From NCBI GenBank assembly GCA_977030845.1, contig OZ365109.1, positions 23,312,001-23,376,000 on the forward strand: a stretch of DNA of 64,000 nucleotides, given 5' to 3'. The stretch is from Fimbriosthenelais zetlandica (Eukaryota). The stretch's first letter is position 1; each line of letters begins with the position of its first letter. Both the position numbers and the translations under genes were made by a program. Under the pieces are notes generated by a model. It was not told the DNA's origin. It was given only the letters and a program-made list of their open reading frames with translations, and made no database searches. Shown in pieces: positions 12,446-26,803 of this stretch.

Positions 12446-15400
12446 CTGAAAGAAAGCAGAGGATCTCGAGGTCAGAAGGCTACACTCAGATTGGATTCTC
12501 AACAGTTTATCCTTAAAAAATATCTCCACATCAGAACCAATTAATATCTGTCATCACCTGAAGAAAAGCATTGAAGAATTATCTGGTTACATTTTGCAAA
12601 TATTTTAATATTTCCATTGAGTTTTTTCCAGTGCTAATCGAAGCCAGGAAGTGCAAATTCATGTTGCAATTTCTCACTCGAGACGTGCAACACCTGTTCC
12701 AATTAGTTCTTGTGGACGGTTTTGCTCATTCAGCAAACCATAAATAAATTTTGAAAATGAAACCCATCTCAGGTATTTGTTGATGTGGAATGAGGATGTG
12801 CTCCTGCAATCAATTAATCCCAGATTTTGCAACATTTTCATTTCGTTCACGATTTCAGAATGGACTCAAATGAAGTAATTTCAGGACAATGGGCAATGAA
12901 GGCAAATATTTGCTGTGTGGGTGAGATAGTGGTGGGCATGATAAGGAAAGGGACATTGTTCATTTATAGGTACAAAAAGGGAGTTGATCGTGGGAATTTC
13001 ACAGGTGTGAATGAAATTTGCATCTTTATTTCTTCCTCCATAGCTATGACGTAAAAAGTGCCTCATTGGGTTAAATTATCTATAGCCGTCTCACAATAAC
13101 TCCTTGTTTTGACAGCCCAGTCAAAATAGAAAGGAAATGGTTTGCTTCCAATGTCAGTTAGCAAAATAGCTCAATTGATATATAGATCTAAAAGACATGA
13201 CCATCAGTATTGAAAGCATATAGGTTTGGCCTTAGGAACTTGAGCTTGGGGACAGGTCTAGAGGGGAAAAAAGGCCGAAGCGGCAGAAATAATTCAAAGG
13301 ATCTTCACAGAGATGTTGATGGATGGGGTTTTTACTTATTTCTGAAGGAGGGAGCAGCCCGACATGTTCTCTCCTCGTCCTTCAAGGATCCCTTTGTCAA
13401 TAATTAAAACCCGTTTTCAACAAGCGCCTAAAAATATACATTATGAACGCAGAGACTCATGTCTGAAAAAGAGCCTATTGATAGCCGAACTAGCTCGCCC
13501 ACACTTTTGGGCCTGGGCGATTTTATTTTGAGATGTTATTGACAAAGACATGAAGCATCACATTTTGTTGAACAAGCATATATTTGATGATGCTTTCAGT
13601 AGCTTCAGCTTGTTTTTAGGTCCCTTCTCATGTTTGTTTTCTTGGAGTGAGACAGTTTAATTGTTGGTCAAAACATGTCTTCGAGTAAATAAACCATAGG
13701 CGTTTTGAGGGAGGGAGGGTCTATAGGTAGGCATATCCTTTAACATGTTTTGGGAGTACTTGAGTAATAAAAAGGGTGATGTAGTCCCATTGAAATGATT
13801 GACCTTCTGTATGACAATGGCATTGAGTCTCACCATATATATACAGATGGAGCTGACACAGCAATATTGTCCCCAGCTTCCCGTCCACCTAAGCGCGGAC
13901 GTCTGCCAAGCCAGGACTTGGAGAGAAGGTTCTCCACCCTTGACCCGATGGCCCTGGGCGGCATCCTTCTACATCTGTCCATTATTGCTCTCCCCCGGCT
14001 GCTTACACAGAGGACAAGCATCTTGTATATAATTCCCCTTCTTCCCCTTCTCCTCTCAGCAAGTGTACATGATTTACCTTCTCCGCCCCTGGTGGCAGTG
14101 CACATGGCCACAGCTCATGAATTCAGTCGTAATTCATTCCCAATCGCTTATATATACAAGACACACTCCCTCGATCATCACTCAATCCTGGTTGATTCTG
14201 CTAGCGGGGAAGGCCTCCACCTTAAACCGGAGAATGACTGGCGGGTCGTTTGGGATTAAGGCCAATCTATAGAGGGTGGCAAGTGTCGTGAACATTCAAT
14301 AAAAATGGGCCGCATGGGAGGAAAGGTTGTTCAGGTCCATGGTCACAGGCTCCTGCTCCCGTCCCTCCCCCTGCCCATCCTATTCAACCCTATAGAGTAC
14401 CGTTCAATAGTGCTACCATGCAAAGAGGAAGGCCAAACGGCCAGATGTGGCTTTAGTAAATCCTCTCGATCTATACCTTATCAAATCCATAATTATGTAC
14501 TAATGGGTAAAAATCTGATACCAGTGGTCATTTTTCAAGTGGACTATACCACATGGAGTCGGGTCAGTCGATGGGAGGTAGATATTGATATAGGATGGGT
14601 GATAAATTCCGACAATGATCACAATGTTACGGTTGACCACCCTCTGATCACTTGTAACGCTTCATGCTCGTTTAGCTTAGGTCATCAGGTGCGCTGATCA
14701 CCGCTGTGGGGCGCCTCGAGCGGACGGATGACACTAAACCTCAGCCCAAGCATTGATCTGATTTCAATGGTTCCACCTACACCCCACTTTATTTACCCTC
14801 TTCACAACACTGGCTGGCAGTCGGGGGAAAGTGAAATCCCCCAGAGTGGATCTAAGCCACTGCTGAATAGACAAATGGAGGAAAAAGTCTCAACAGACAT
14901 GTAATGGAGACTTTAATTCCAGTTAAATATAGCTGCAGTTTAAATGCTTTTATCCTATTACAAACTGAGGTCCTATTTACAAATGGTTTGTCTCGGATAA
15001 TAATCAATAAGGCCTAATGTCTGTCACTTTCCCAGGGCTAGAAGATTCCACTCTATCTCAATGCAGCGAGGACATGCAATTCAATTATTTGCCGACGAAC
15101 AATGAACATTACGAGCATTCATTTTTAAAGCATCTTTACATATCAGCCCTACAGCACTATTGTCAGAATATGTACACGCTCCATTATAATCTCTAAATCG
15201 TGTTCTATAGTGTATGACTGAAATGTTTTTTTCCGTGAATAATATCATTGGCCTCAATGTATCCCGGTAAGTTTGACTTGGATGTCAAGCATGAATAATG
15301 GGCGAATCCAGGATATGACACAGCTGTTTGTGTATTAAAATACTATTCCACAAGGGAGGTTGTCTTGGTATAAAATATACACATCGGCCATCAAAATATC

Positions 15401-17178
15401 TACCAACCCATTGGCATTGCCAACACACCATCCGCAGGCCAAGTACAAACAAAATCTGTTTGCATATTTCTATAGTATGACCTGATAAGTGTAGGAAAGA
15501 GCCAAGTCATATCTAGCTCCTTCCTTCAAGTTCAATACACAATTCCCACCTCTTTCAAAAGTCTGTCCTTGGCTTATATTTCCCATCATAGTATATCTTA
15601 TTAAGCATAATAATATAGAGGAATAAATTTAATCTTTTGATGAAAAAAAACTCGGGGTAGGGGATGTACTATAATTTCTAGATAATTGAATGGGTTTCCA
15701 ATCTCGATGCTAGGCCTACTTATTTTGCATGACAGTGGAGGAGTGTCGAATAATCATAAATACAGACCCTGTACATTAACCAATGATCAAACTATGAGTT
15801 AAATGGTGTAGGACTATAGTCGGAGATCACGTTTATGACACAGTTGAGTATTAACATTGGAAGGTGCTTAACCTATTCGATATCCTATCCATATCTTGTT
15901 TTAACACTAAAGGCTTAATCATGCTTTTATGCATTGGAAATTTGATTTAAACGTGTCAATTATCTGATTGGATCAGATGATTGCCGTTCATTTATAGGAA
16001 ACTGATACAGGCCAGATGAAATCACTGACTTTTATTGCGTGAATTTACAACTGATAAGAACAATCAATGAATACAAATCTCAGTATAGAGGGTCTGTCAA
16101 TGCATGATGGAATAGTCACGCATAGATATTGTTGGAGTCCTCTTGTGCAAATCTATGATCCTAATAGGAGCCACTGGACCCAATTATGTTTAGGACATTT
16201 GATATTTCCAATTGAAATCAAAGGGTCACATGCATGTCGTGCATTCCAAGCATTGTACACCAGTCACAAAAGCAAGAAGATGAAAAAAAACAGAACGAGT
16301 GGGGGACCTGAAAGTGAATAAGAAAGATGACAAAGGAGCAGTGCATTTTTAGGGTGGAACATATTGCCAGTTTGCCGCGCCAAAGCACTGAGAAGCGAAA
16401 CATTATTTGCATGTTTTTCTGTTGCCAAAAGAGTTTCCTAGCCATGCTTGCCAACTGGAAGGACGCCAAACAATGTCAACCCCATACCCCGCCCAGGCGT
16501 TTAATATGCACCTGTTGTACCTTCCTATTTGTCCCTAGACTCAGTCACGAAAAGGGAATATTTAAGTTTACAAATGAACCTATCCTCTCCGCCATGATGG
16601 ATTAGATTGAGAGCGTGACCTTATCATATAATATTATAGGCCTATAGGTGACATGCTTTTGTTAGTCAAAACCAATTTGACTGCGAAATCTAATCAATAA
16701 AAATAGTTGATGTCGGTCCATTGTAGCGGAAGGCAAATTAGTCTCCAAGAAAGTAATTAACCGGCACATTGTATTAGAGTGTCATTACACCCGTATTTTA
16801 CATGCTAATGATACTATTTCAACTCGTGGTGTCATAAGCAGCCAAAAAGTAAATCTCTATGGCTCCGGTTGATTGCTATAGCAACCACAAATGCTATTCG
16901 ATAACCTATATTGAATTTCATAGGTATCGATGTTTGAGCATTGACTGGCTCGCCAGGCAAATTTGGGGAAATGTGTCACGTAGAACCTCTGTTTTATATC
17001 CAATAAGTGAAGCCGAGGAGTTTTTTCTTTTCGTCTGGGCTAACATATCGACCCGCGAAGCATGATTTCCACTGCTTCATATCATTAGATGCCATTAACT
17101 GATCTTACCCTGGTTGGCGCACTCTGAGTGGGTGGGTGAGGGAGTGTTGGTGAGTCGCTGATTAGGAGAGCGAGGGAA

Positions 17179-17306
17179 NNNNNNNNNNNNNNNNNNNNNN
17201 NNNNNNNNNNNNNNNNNNNNNNNNNNNNNNNNNNNNNNNNNNNNNNNNNNNNNNNNNNNNNNNNNNNNNNNNNNNNNNNNNNNNNNNNNNNNNNNNNNNN
17301 NNNNNN
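17179..17306. other. Assembly gap (128 N) inside a GAGT/GAGG-type simple repeat (~17120-17430)
   Basis: Run of N flanked by gagtg/gaggg/gtgggt repeats. Confidence 0.98.
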
Positions 17307-20300
17307 GGAGGGAGTGAGGGAGCGAGACTATAGGTTAGCTAGTGAGGAGGGGAGTGAGTGAGTAGGTACGTGAGTAAGTAGGGGAGTGAGTAGGCGAGTT
17401 AGGTGAGTAGTAGATGGGTGGGTGTGAGTGCACTCCATACCTTCCCAATGAGGTCAGTGCATTGCATTAAGCTCACATCTCCTCCTCTGCTCTTGCACTC
17501 CATAAAACACCTAAAAGCTGAAGCGAAGTGCAATGGAAGGGGGCAATGGAAGAAGGGTGATATATACAATACGCATCAAACATTAAATCTTAACGGGACT
17601 GCTCGCTCTCCCTCGAGTCCACCACTGTATAGTCGCGGCCTTAAATCCGAGGTGCAGTGAAAACGACATACAATAAACATGTGGTGTGCAGGCCCTGTCA
17701 GCTATCATACCCAGGAGGGGGAAGCCCCTACTGATGGATACATCATAGTCTGGGCATTTTACTTTTTAATAAACACCCACAGATTCAGACCTTTGAGTCG
17801 GATCAATGCAGAGCATGACGACCCCGGCACACCGTAGGCAGATTGCCTTTTGACTTGTCAAAGTCACCCCGCTTCCCAGCTTGGATTTATTCATATGAAA
17901 TATATGGACATGCAGGGAGAAGTGGAGTTTATATGGCGGAGGTTGAGGAGAATGAGGTTATAAATTCACAAATATTTGTGGCGTATATACTCTTTGTAAC
18001 AATACGGTTGCAGTATTGTCGGACTCAGATACAACTTAGATTTCGAAATGACACCATTATGTGAAAAGGAGGGTGCTGCATGTATAAACAGTCTTATGTG
18101 ACGAAAATCGACACTTTTCTACCATAACGGTATTTTAAAGGTTCATTTATATGAAAGAAGAAGTATGACTGCTTGGTCATGATCATTTCAGAATACAGCC
18201 GTTTCATTAACCATTGCTAATATTCCTCTTGAAAAGGGCACCTGATCTCTTCTGAACAGCAGCTATTTGAGTACTGTGCTATGGTTAACTTGATGGTGGT
18301 CAGCTTGATGTTAAATTAAAGTCCAGCCATGTCTCCCATTGTCTATGCTGAGAGGCATGGCTGTATAGTAGTCTGGAAAAATTTATCATTGTGTGTTTCC
18401 TACCATCCTAAGATAGCTGGAGAATGACTGACTGGTTGTTAAACAATATGTAACAAAGAATGCAAGAGTAGATCTACAAGCTAAGCAAGAGTAGATAAGC
18501 TAAGGTCCTTATCAAACAAGCTCTGGGTCGTCCACGCCCACCTAATGGGAAGGATGGAAAATGGATAAAGAGAGGAAAGCACGACAGAGAAGCATGAGTT
18601 GCCATGAGGATTTCATAACAGCTATAGTCAATTCAGGGCAGATATGAACAGGTCTTTAACAGCTCTTAACCAAAGGCCACAAAGCAAGGGTCCAAGAGGG
18701 GTCAGGAGCAGTTTAAAATACAAAAAAAAATACAATAGATCTAATCATTTCAGAGCAGATGTGAACAGATTATGATCAGATCTATTTGAGCCAGAATGCA
18801 AGATTGAACCTTGACTGAACTAGCGTATTTCTGTCACGAAACATACCCCTGTCTGCCCATATTATATGTATAGGATAATGAAAGGAAATTTAAGTGCACA
18901 GTAGAAAAGGAATTGGGTTATAACGTTATTCAGGGGGTTATTTCATGAGCCTCCATCCTTGCCGAGAATTGAGATGCGAAGAATAATCTGGATCATAGAA
19001 CTGTATCAGAAATAGTATAAAACCAGTCCGTGACGTTTTCTGATCATCACCGCGCGTCGGTAAACGGTTCAGCAATCTGGATAATATTTACCGAACACAT
19101 TTCTCAGTTTGAACTCCGATTGGACACGTGTTTGGATTGATCTTTCACATGGCTGAGCTCAGATTCTCCCCAGATCCATCTGACAAAACTTTTGCAGTCC
19201 AGATAATACGGCGGCCCTTTGATCCACACAATTAATAATGTGATGGGCGTGTTAACACGGAGAGAAACAATGATCTTGACAATTATCTTCTCATCCGTAA
19301 CACAAGGCGGTCCTATTGACATGAATCCGCCGCCGGCTACGATACTCAATACACACCCTCCTCCATCCTTTTGTTTAAAAGAATTGAATCAACAATAGGG
19401 TTACTCAAGATAAGGAAAAAATATTCCAAAATCATCACGAGTAGCGTGAAGTACTTCATCTTGAAGGGGGGAAAGAAAGGGGTTTCAAAGGTACGGGTAA
19501 AATGGTTGTTTGAAATAATAGAATTTGAAGTTGCGTGAAGAACACACATTCCCAAATTACTTGGGGTGTTATTAATAGGAAAAAACTTAATGTTGTCAGC
19601 ATGCGAGTTGTTTCCATTGTTGTTTAAACACCACTGCAGTTCATTATCCATCTCTGATGATCATGATTCTCATTTGTTAATTTGTGAATATAACATTATA
19701 CAAGATCATGTATCATATAGTTTGTATATCATTGATAGCTTAATGACCATTGCTAAGCTATCTGAAGACAAGTGCAATTTACTATTGCAATTGAAAATTT
19801 AGGGCATTTAACTGTCGGCATGCAATGATCTAATTACTAGTACAGGCATGGTTGGCCTGTGGTACAGATGTCTCTGAGGCACAGGGACACCGAGTCCTAG
19901 AATCGTGAAAATAATATATTATATGTACTGAATTCATATTAATTATTTGTTAAATTTCAGGAATTGGATCCTTTTTCACTGAGTTTGATAATTTCCTTGT
20001 CATATTATGCAATGCACGAGCTCTGCAGTACACAAAGCAATGAGAGCCAAAACAGTTCCATTGCGTATGAATTGGGGTTTCCAGTCGAGCATCTTAAGAC
20101 ATTTCCTTCAAGTAGTATAGTGTTTCCATTGCGATCAATAACACACCCATTCAAAGCTTTGCAGGGGATCAGCTTATGGCCTGGCAATCATATGATCTGA
20201 TGCATTATTTAACGGAACAAAGCTTTCGTAAACATGTGCAGGTGAGAAAGTAGATGCGTCTGGAGTTCCTACCATTATGTGGTATATTATGGTTTGCATG

Positions 20301-20494
20301 CATAGGTATACAAAAATGCTGAAGGGAAGCATGCTCAAAGTGCAGGGGGCAGGGAGTCTTTGATAACTCAGGAGGCGCTCGCGCGGAAGCTGCACCTGCT
20401 CCTAACCTTTGCTACTGTCTCCGTGTTGCACAGCCCAGAAGGACCATTCTAGGATCACCATCTTTGCCCTGGATCAATACTCTGACTCAGTCAG

Positions 20495-20598
20495 ACCTGT
20501 ACAGATAGCACAGAGATAAAGATAGACAGAAACAAGACAATGTGGGGAGAGACAGTGGGAGGGAGAGACTGGAAGGAGTGTGAGAGACAGAGACTGAG

Positions 20599-20655
<57 letters not shown>

Positions 20656-21062
20656 GTAAGCAAGAGGTCGACAGACTGAGACAGACAGAAACCTATAAAG
20701 AAATAGGTCAGATAGACAGTGATTGGAAGAAGAAAGGCAGCGAAGAGAGGGATATACATATATATATACATGTATAACGCACAGAGTAGCACATGCAGAT
20801 AGACAGAAACAGTGCGATTTGGAGATGGAAGATAAAAGAGACAGAAAAAAAGGGGAAGACATTGGGGGACAAATTGAGAAGGGGAAAGAAAGAGATAAAA
20901 GTAACGCATTGTTACAGAAGTACAGAAGTTTGAATTTAGAAGGGGAAAAGAGATAGAGATAAAAAGAATGAGGCGAGACAAAGAAGGAAGTAAGTAGGTA
21001 GATAAAATCACGAGAAATGTTGAGCGGCAGGAAGAGTACGACAGAGGGAATGGAGAGAGCAA
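20495..21062. repeat. Purine-rich low-complexity tract with core (GA)14 + (ACAG)6 microsatellite at 20602-20654
   Basis: Read directly from the sequence. It explains the spurious L/S/F-rich ORFs at 20487-21062. Confidence 0.95.
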
Positions 21063-21203
21063 GACATCTAGTCCAGTCCAGATAACCGTCCTTAATCAGG
21101 CCGACTCAATTATGCAGTAATTTTCATTATTTAGATCCGCAGGGAGGACTCGGGCTATTTTGGTTCCGATGCTCCTCTGAGGGGAGAGCCCAGCTCTATT
21201 GCT

Positions 21204-21232
21204 TCTCTCTCTCTCTCTCCCTCTCTCTCTCT
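21204..21232. repeat. (CT)n microsatellite
   Basis: Read directly from the sequence. Confidence 0.9.
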
Positions 21233-22465
21233 TCGTTCCAGGCCCTGATATTGGTCTTGGTTAATCTCGTTTGGGAAGCCTTTATGAATGCTTGATGTTA
21301 TGTCTAGATCGTGGTGAAATCAGGTAGCATATATCACTGCCATCACACACCTTGCAAATATATCATACATTTCCCCAGATATGTTATAGAATAATTCAGA
21401 TGATTATTCCACACCTTGATTAAAACCAATTCATCAATTATCACTAACAAGGTAACGCAGGTATCCACCCCTCTTTTTTCATTCGTAATTGAAGTTACAA
21501 CACTTCCTCATCATGAAATATCTAATGACGTGTGAACGTTTTGAAAATTAATTTGTCAATCAGCTAGCACAAATCAATAGCAATCACTCATGTTTATTAT
21601 GCAAGTTTGTCATTCATGCTTCAATTGCGTTTTATTTGATTTCCATAAATGTATTGGTGATTTGTCAAATTGGACATTGCTATATTGGATAAGTCTATGG
21701 GCCGATGTAGTTCACGGGTCTTCCTTCTCAAATGCCTGTTTTTAAGGGTCTTGGTGGTGAGTGAATGTGTGTAATGGGGTGGGGATCATGTTCAAAATGA
21801 AAATGTATTCATTCCTAACCTTACTATGGCTGAGTTGCAATCTCATCAAAGCAATGGAAACCTGGCAGAAAAATCTGAAAGCATCAGGACACAGCATTTG
21901 TACCAGGAGGAATGCATTCCTATGGCACTTGACCTGATATATTTGTGCCTTGCTTGAAATCCCTGAGCTCCTTCAATGACATTTTTGAGAATTACATGAA
22001 AATGCCAGCATAACTCATTGTGAGTGTCCTGCTTCATGAGAGATCACATCACATTTTTCACATCAAAAGCGATCAAGTACCAACGCGTTGTTCCCCGATT
22101 GTTGGCCACGGGGCACTCCCATCACTCATCCAGGAATCTTGAATTTAATGCTGGCCGGCGGAATTTGATAATACCTCATCGGCTTTTCATAATGAAGCAG
22201 GATAAAAATGGACCATTTGCCAAGAAGATGTGACAATTACTATCAGGTCCCTTTCAAAAAGTCCACTGCCAAATTGTTTTTTTCTCAGTTGAACTATAAT
22301 AAATCAGTGTCATCTTTTTGTTAAATTTGTATGGGATTTGTTTGAGATGGAAAGTTTCGAATAAAGATATATAGAGAGTCATGGTAGTGATGTATAAAAG
22401 GTAATTATACACTGATGGAATGGTATTGGGTATTAGAAAGGGGAAGGCAGAGAGATGTGGATGAA

Positions 22466-22770
22466 GGTTGTCTGGGTGTGGGTGGATTGGGGGAAGTGGG
22501 TGGTGCGGGTTTGGGTGGATGTATGGGAGGGATTTGGATGCAGGTTGTCTGGGTTTGGGTGGATTGAGTGGAAGTGGGTGGTGCGGGTATGGGTGGATGG
22601 GGGAGGGAGAAGGAGATTTGATGGTGGGTGTCTGGGTGTGGGTGGATGAAGGGGAAGGCAGGAGTATGTAGATGCTGGTTGTTTGGGTGTGGGTGAGGGG
22701 AAGGTATGGAGTTATGAAAGTGGGTTGTTTGGGTGTGGCTGCATGGAGGGGAAAGGGAAGGGGATGTGCT
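22466..22770. repeat. Degenerate G/T-rich minisatellite (5 units)
   Basis: Units begin gg(t/g)tgt(c/t)tgggt(g/t)tgg at about 22466, 22543, 22626, 22677 and 22723, with many GGG runs. Confidence 0.85.
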
Positions 22771-23991
22771 GAAGGCAGGCTTTGCATGTGCAGGTGGATC
22801 ATGGGTCCGCAGGTTTCATTTTCACCCCTGTATATGATATATGGGAGGCGTGTATACATATATATCAAGGAGGCAGCAGGTTGGCTGAACACTTGCCTGC
22901 CCTGACGCCTTGTCTACCTGACCCACATCTGGTTGAAGTCCCCGCGGTTAACCACTTCATCATGTGATCCCTACATTGATCCCACCTCCGGGATCACTCT
23001 GATCCCTGTCTGTGTGTAAGGGTCATCAACTGCCATCGATCCATACCCAACATTCATACTCTTCCCTCACCAAAAAATAAGGGGGCCAGCATACCACTCC
23101 TCTCCCACCTCTGTGCGGTGAAAAATATCAATATTTCAGTTTATCTAACCCCAATTTTCTTTCGGCTTCCATAACCATCCATCCTTATCAAGCCATCTAA
23201 AAAGCTCTCTAATGTTGGTGGATTATCTTTATTTCATTGGGACCTGGGGATGCGGAGTGTGGGGGGGAATGCATTTAACGATATTATCGGTAACTGCATT
23301 CGGATCGTGATTAACCGTGGTTTCATTCGTTTTTGTCTCTAGAGTTTAGTGCAGAAGCTAATTAATGTAAGGCCTCGAGGGCTTGTGGCCGTTCAAGTAT
23401 ATTGCAAACCGCCAGTGTCATTTAATTCTCGCCTCAACTGCCAAAAGGCATGTATGGGTAGTATATAACCATGCTCCATAGCCAAGGGCTACTCATACTA
23501 CAAGCTAAATGATACCGTTTGCCATATAAGTAGTGTATGCAATGAATCAAACCGGCTGTGCTATGGCTAACACACATCACACTTGCTTTTATTTAGTGCC
23601 GTCATATATTAATACTTATTTATGCTTTTATCTGCATGGAGTATTCAGTCACACCTGGTTGATAAATAGCTTATAGTCCTACTGAACATTTATAGATATA
23701 TATTTTATAAAGTATGAATACGCTTTGGTGTAAAGGCGCGACTATTATTTTCAAATAATATAATGAATAAAATTAATTCATTGAAGCAAGTGTAAGAAAT
23801 GATAAATAGGCCTGTAGGAATTATTGGCATTTGAATTCATTGCTCTGTGAGTGACCAGCCCCTTGGGCCTAGTGCTGCTTGAAGCAGCCATTTGCAAAGT
23901 AACCTTGTGTTCCTACCTGCTCAAAAGATCTTTACATATTTTATAACCTGGATCAACTATAGTGGATATATATAAGCCTTGCTTTCCTTAC

Positions 23992-24276
23992 CTTTCACAC
24001 AGTCGTAGCTGGCCTCCAGGTAGTTTTTAAACTCGGCATTGCAGGGTTTTTTGTTGCCGAAGGTCGGGTCGACCACTTCCACCTTACAGGTGCGTCGACC
24101 GGAACAATGTTTGTCGAGGCGTCCGAGGACATCCGTGTAACAACCCAGGAAGCCGAAGTCGGTCTTGACGCAGCGTCCGATCCGCATCCGCCCGTAGCGG
24201 GCCACCTTCATCATAACCACCTCGTCCGGTCCACACGAGGCCTCAAAGGTCTCGTACTGACAATACTCCTGGAGGT
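23992..24276 (-). CDS. Coding exon: SUEL / rhamnose-binding-lectin-type (Gal_lectin-like) domain
   Basis: Translates as (D)LQEYCQYETFEASCGPDEVVMMKVARYGRMRIGRCVKTDFGFLGCYTDVLGRLDKHCSGRRTCKVEVVDPTFGNKKPCNAEFKNYLEASYDCVK. It has 8 Cys in SUEL spacing and the YGR, CSGxxxC and PC...YL...YxC motifs. Acceptor tttatttatcgcag, donor AAG/gtaagg, length 285 nt. Confidence 0.93.
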
Positions 24277-24461
24277 CTGCGATAAATAAAGAAGGTGAAA
24301 TAATGGTGAGCCGTATTAAAAGGAACCTGATAATGTATGGTTGTCTATAGTGGCTTAATCCTTTTTAGGCTGCAGGCTGGGACGCGTGTGTTGCTACAGA
24401 TTGGGTTGTTTATCACCGCCTCCATATTATAGTGAGCTGAGAGTGGATGAATGCAGGGATC

Positions 24462-24554
24462 GAGAGAAAGAGAGGGAGAGAGATGGAGGGGAAGGGAGAG
24501 AGAGAGGGAGGGAGAGAGAGAGAGAGGAAAGGAGAGAGAAAAAGAGGGAGAGAG
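24462..24554. repeat. Imperfect (GA)n / purine tract
   Basis: Read directly from the sequence. It is pyrimidine-rich on the pre-mRNA strand, about 190 nt upstream of the lectin-exon acceptor. Confidence 0.9.
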
Positions 24555-24705
24555 TAGAATATTGAGTTTGTACATTGTATTGTAGAATAAATATAGTTAT
24601 TACGTGTAGCCCTACAAGTCTATAGTTATAGGCAGCAATAATAACGCAAAGATTAACTTAATACCTTACATAACGCCCCCTCTTCAATAAGTTGAGATTA
24701 TGCTG

Positions 24706-24777
24706 GTTTCAAAAGAAGGATATATGCTGTATTAGTGCGTACACATTGAGTAATAGAACATAACTTTCTTTTGAAAC
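24706..24777. repeat. 72-bp inverted-repeat remnant, probably the same family as 33971-34027
   Basis: Perfect 12-bp inverted repeat gtttcaaaagaa / ttcttttgaaac followed by ggg. Confidence 0.4.
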
Positions 24778-26803
24778 GGGTCTCTCTCTGGTCTCCACTA
24801 AGCCGATAAACCAAGACACCCAAATTTGAAATCCTATCTATAATGCGTAGTCTCCACCATTGGTCTGATGAAGTACCCCTAAATTACAAATTTGAGCTAA
24901 TATAATGCTCGTCACTAAGATGGCAGTCTGAAAAGGCGACACGCCCAAATTATCTTGGGTCTGTTCAAAGTGATGATTAGAAAATTGACAAGGAATGGCA
25001 GCATGCATGACAGAATGATAATTTGAAAATCTGATTCATGGAATTGAAATATGGTGGTATGAAATATCAGTTGTGATTATGAGGTATAGCCCTATTGTAT
25101 TTTATGCCATGCAGGTAGGTCCCTATACTGCGAATTGAATTGTGATTCTGTATTTGTGGCATTCAGTAGAAGGTTCCTTTGGACACTCGAAACAACGGCA
25201 AGACTCGTAAGACATTCCAACACGAAAATGTGGGCTTTGGGGCAGTTGATGCGATGCAGTGGACGCAAAAAAACGCAAATTCTCGATCATCTATACCATA
25301 AAAAATCAGCCGCAAAGCTAGTCGCAACACTTTCTTTCTAACCCAGTGGAGCGTGACATTAGGCTTTGTGCGCATAATCAAAATTGAAATATACACGAGT
25401 GCATATTAGTCCTACATGTAGTATATAATGTCATACTTTACATTACATACATATACAAACCTGGAATTAAATTTAAGAACGACAATAACCTAAATGCTGG
25501 GACCTAAAATATAATGTTATATTATAAATGGGACTGTTCTTTAGAATTGCATTGCCTTGAGCCATTCAAAATTAGTTCGCATGATAATGAGTTTTTTTAT
25601 ATTAAAAACCCTCAGCTTTGAAATATACATCAGATGGGAGGAGACAAACTCAGCCTCTCAGATTTATTATATTATTCCCCCGTCTGCTTCTTTCAGGATT
25701 TGCTTATAATATATTGGAGTAGGAAAGAGGATTTTGTATCCACAGTCCCCCGGTGTTCCTCCATCGAAGAATGCAACCTTGATATAAAAGGGGAGAGAAG
25801 AAAGTCGGCCATGAATGCAATTATTTGGCCAAGTCCTTGCCATTGCCTTTTGGCAAATCCCAATGGAAGCGTTATTGCTAGGAATACAGAGGGGCAGCTA
25901 AATGCTGATATCTGCAATGAGCATGCTTCTTTCATGCTGTAAATGACAATAGGGCATGTACCACACACGGAATATCATTATCAAGATTACGCTCAATCCA
26001 TGCCTCGCACATATGGCTCGTTTTGGTCGAACCTCATGGGAGAGCACCGTTCCGTTTCCTGCGTTTTTATTGACATTGTGCCTACGCATGGGGCATTCCG
26101 TTGGTCTCATGTTGAGTCCGCTCTTTCTCTGAATGGAGTTTTCTCTCGCTGCGTCTTTCATAGGAAGACGGATGGGGTGCTGAGGTGGTATGTGGAGGAT
26201 TAGGCCCGTCCAGGGCCCCAATCACGAGGGGTAAAAGCTTGGGCCCCCTTAACAAGTGCTGCCTCTCGAAGATAGGAGCATGCTTGTCGATGGTGCTTTG
26301 CAACTGGCGGCCAGCGAGCGGCCTTCAGGAGGGTCCGAGGTCAGCAGAGAACTGTTATCATGCCCACACCCCTCCTACTAAATGCCGGCAAGATTTGCAG
26401 CGAAGAAGGTGCGTCGATAAGCAGGCAATATCCAATATACGAAATGCTCTGGAGTCCAGCCCACGGGGGAAGGAATAGTGTAGGCCTTGCTAATTGAGTG
26501 AGCCCCAGTCATTGGGAGAGGTATTGATGTGGCCAGTAGAAAACAACTATCCGTAGGGGTGGAACTCAAATCTCAGCTGTCAACACTGGAAGTGTTATAT
26601 GACTGGGGGAAGGAGAGACGTGAGAACTCCGTAACGTGGTCACTGTCAGATGTCCCGCGGGACAATATTTGGTCATGCAGACCCTCCGGGGTAGAGGCAA
26701 GAAACTTGTAAATGGATCTGAACTTCCGATAGCATTTCCAAACAGAAAAGAAAAACCTTGTATGTGATCCATCTGACAAGATTGAATCTATAAAAAGACT
26801 CTT

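Noticed and set aside
13795-14259. 154-aa plus-strand ORF, and the other long ORFs at 38688-39140, 33432-33866, 22254-22892, 20487-21062 and 4179-4574
   Set aside because: None has a recognisable domain or coherent splice sites. Several are simply translations of microsatellite or low-complexity DNA.
14640-14740. CTGATGA on the minus strand (hammerhead-like) and a GC hairpin followed by CTAA (Helitron-like 3' end)
   Set aside because: There is no GAAA with a paired stem II for a hammerhead. The base after CTAA is not T, and no 5' TC end was found.
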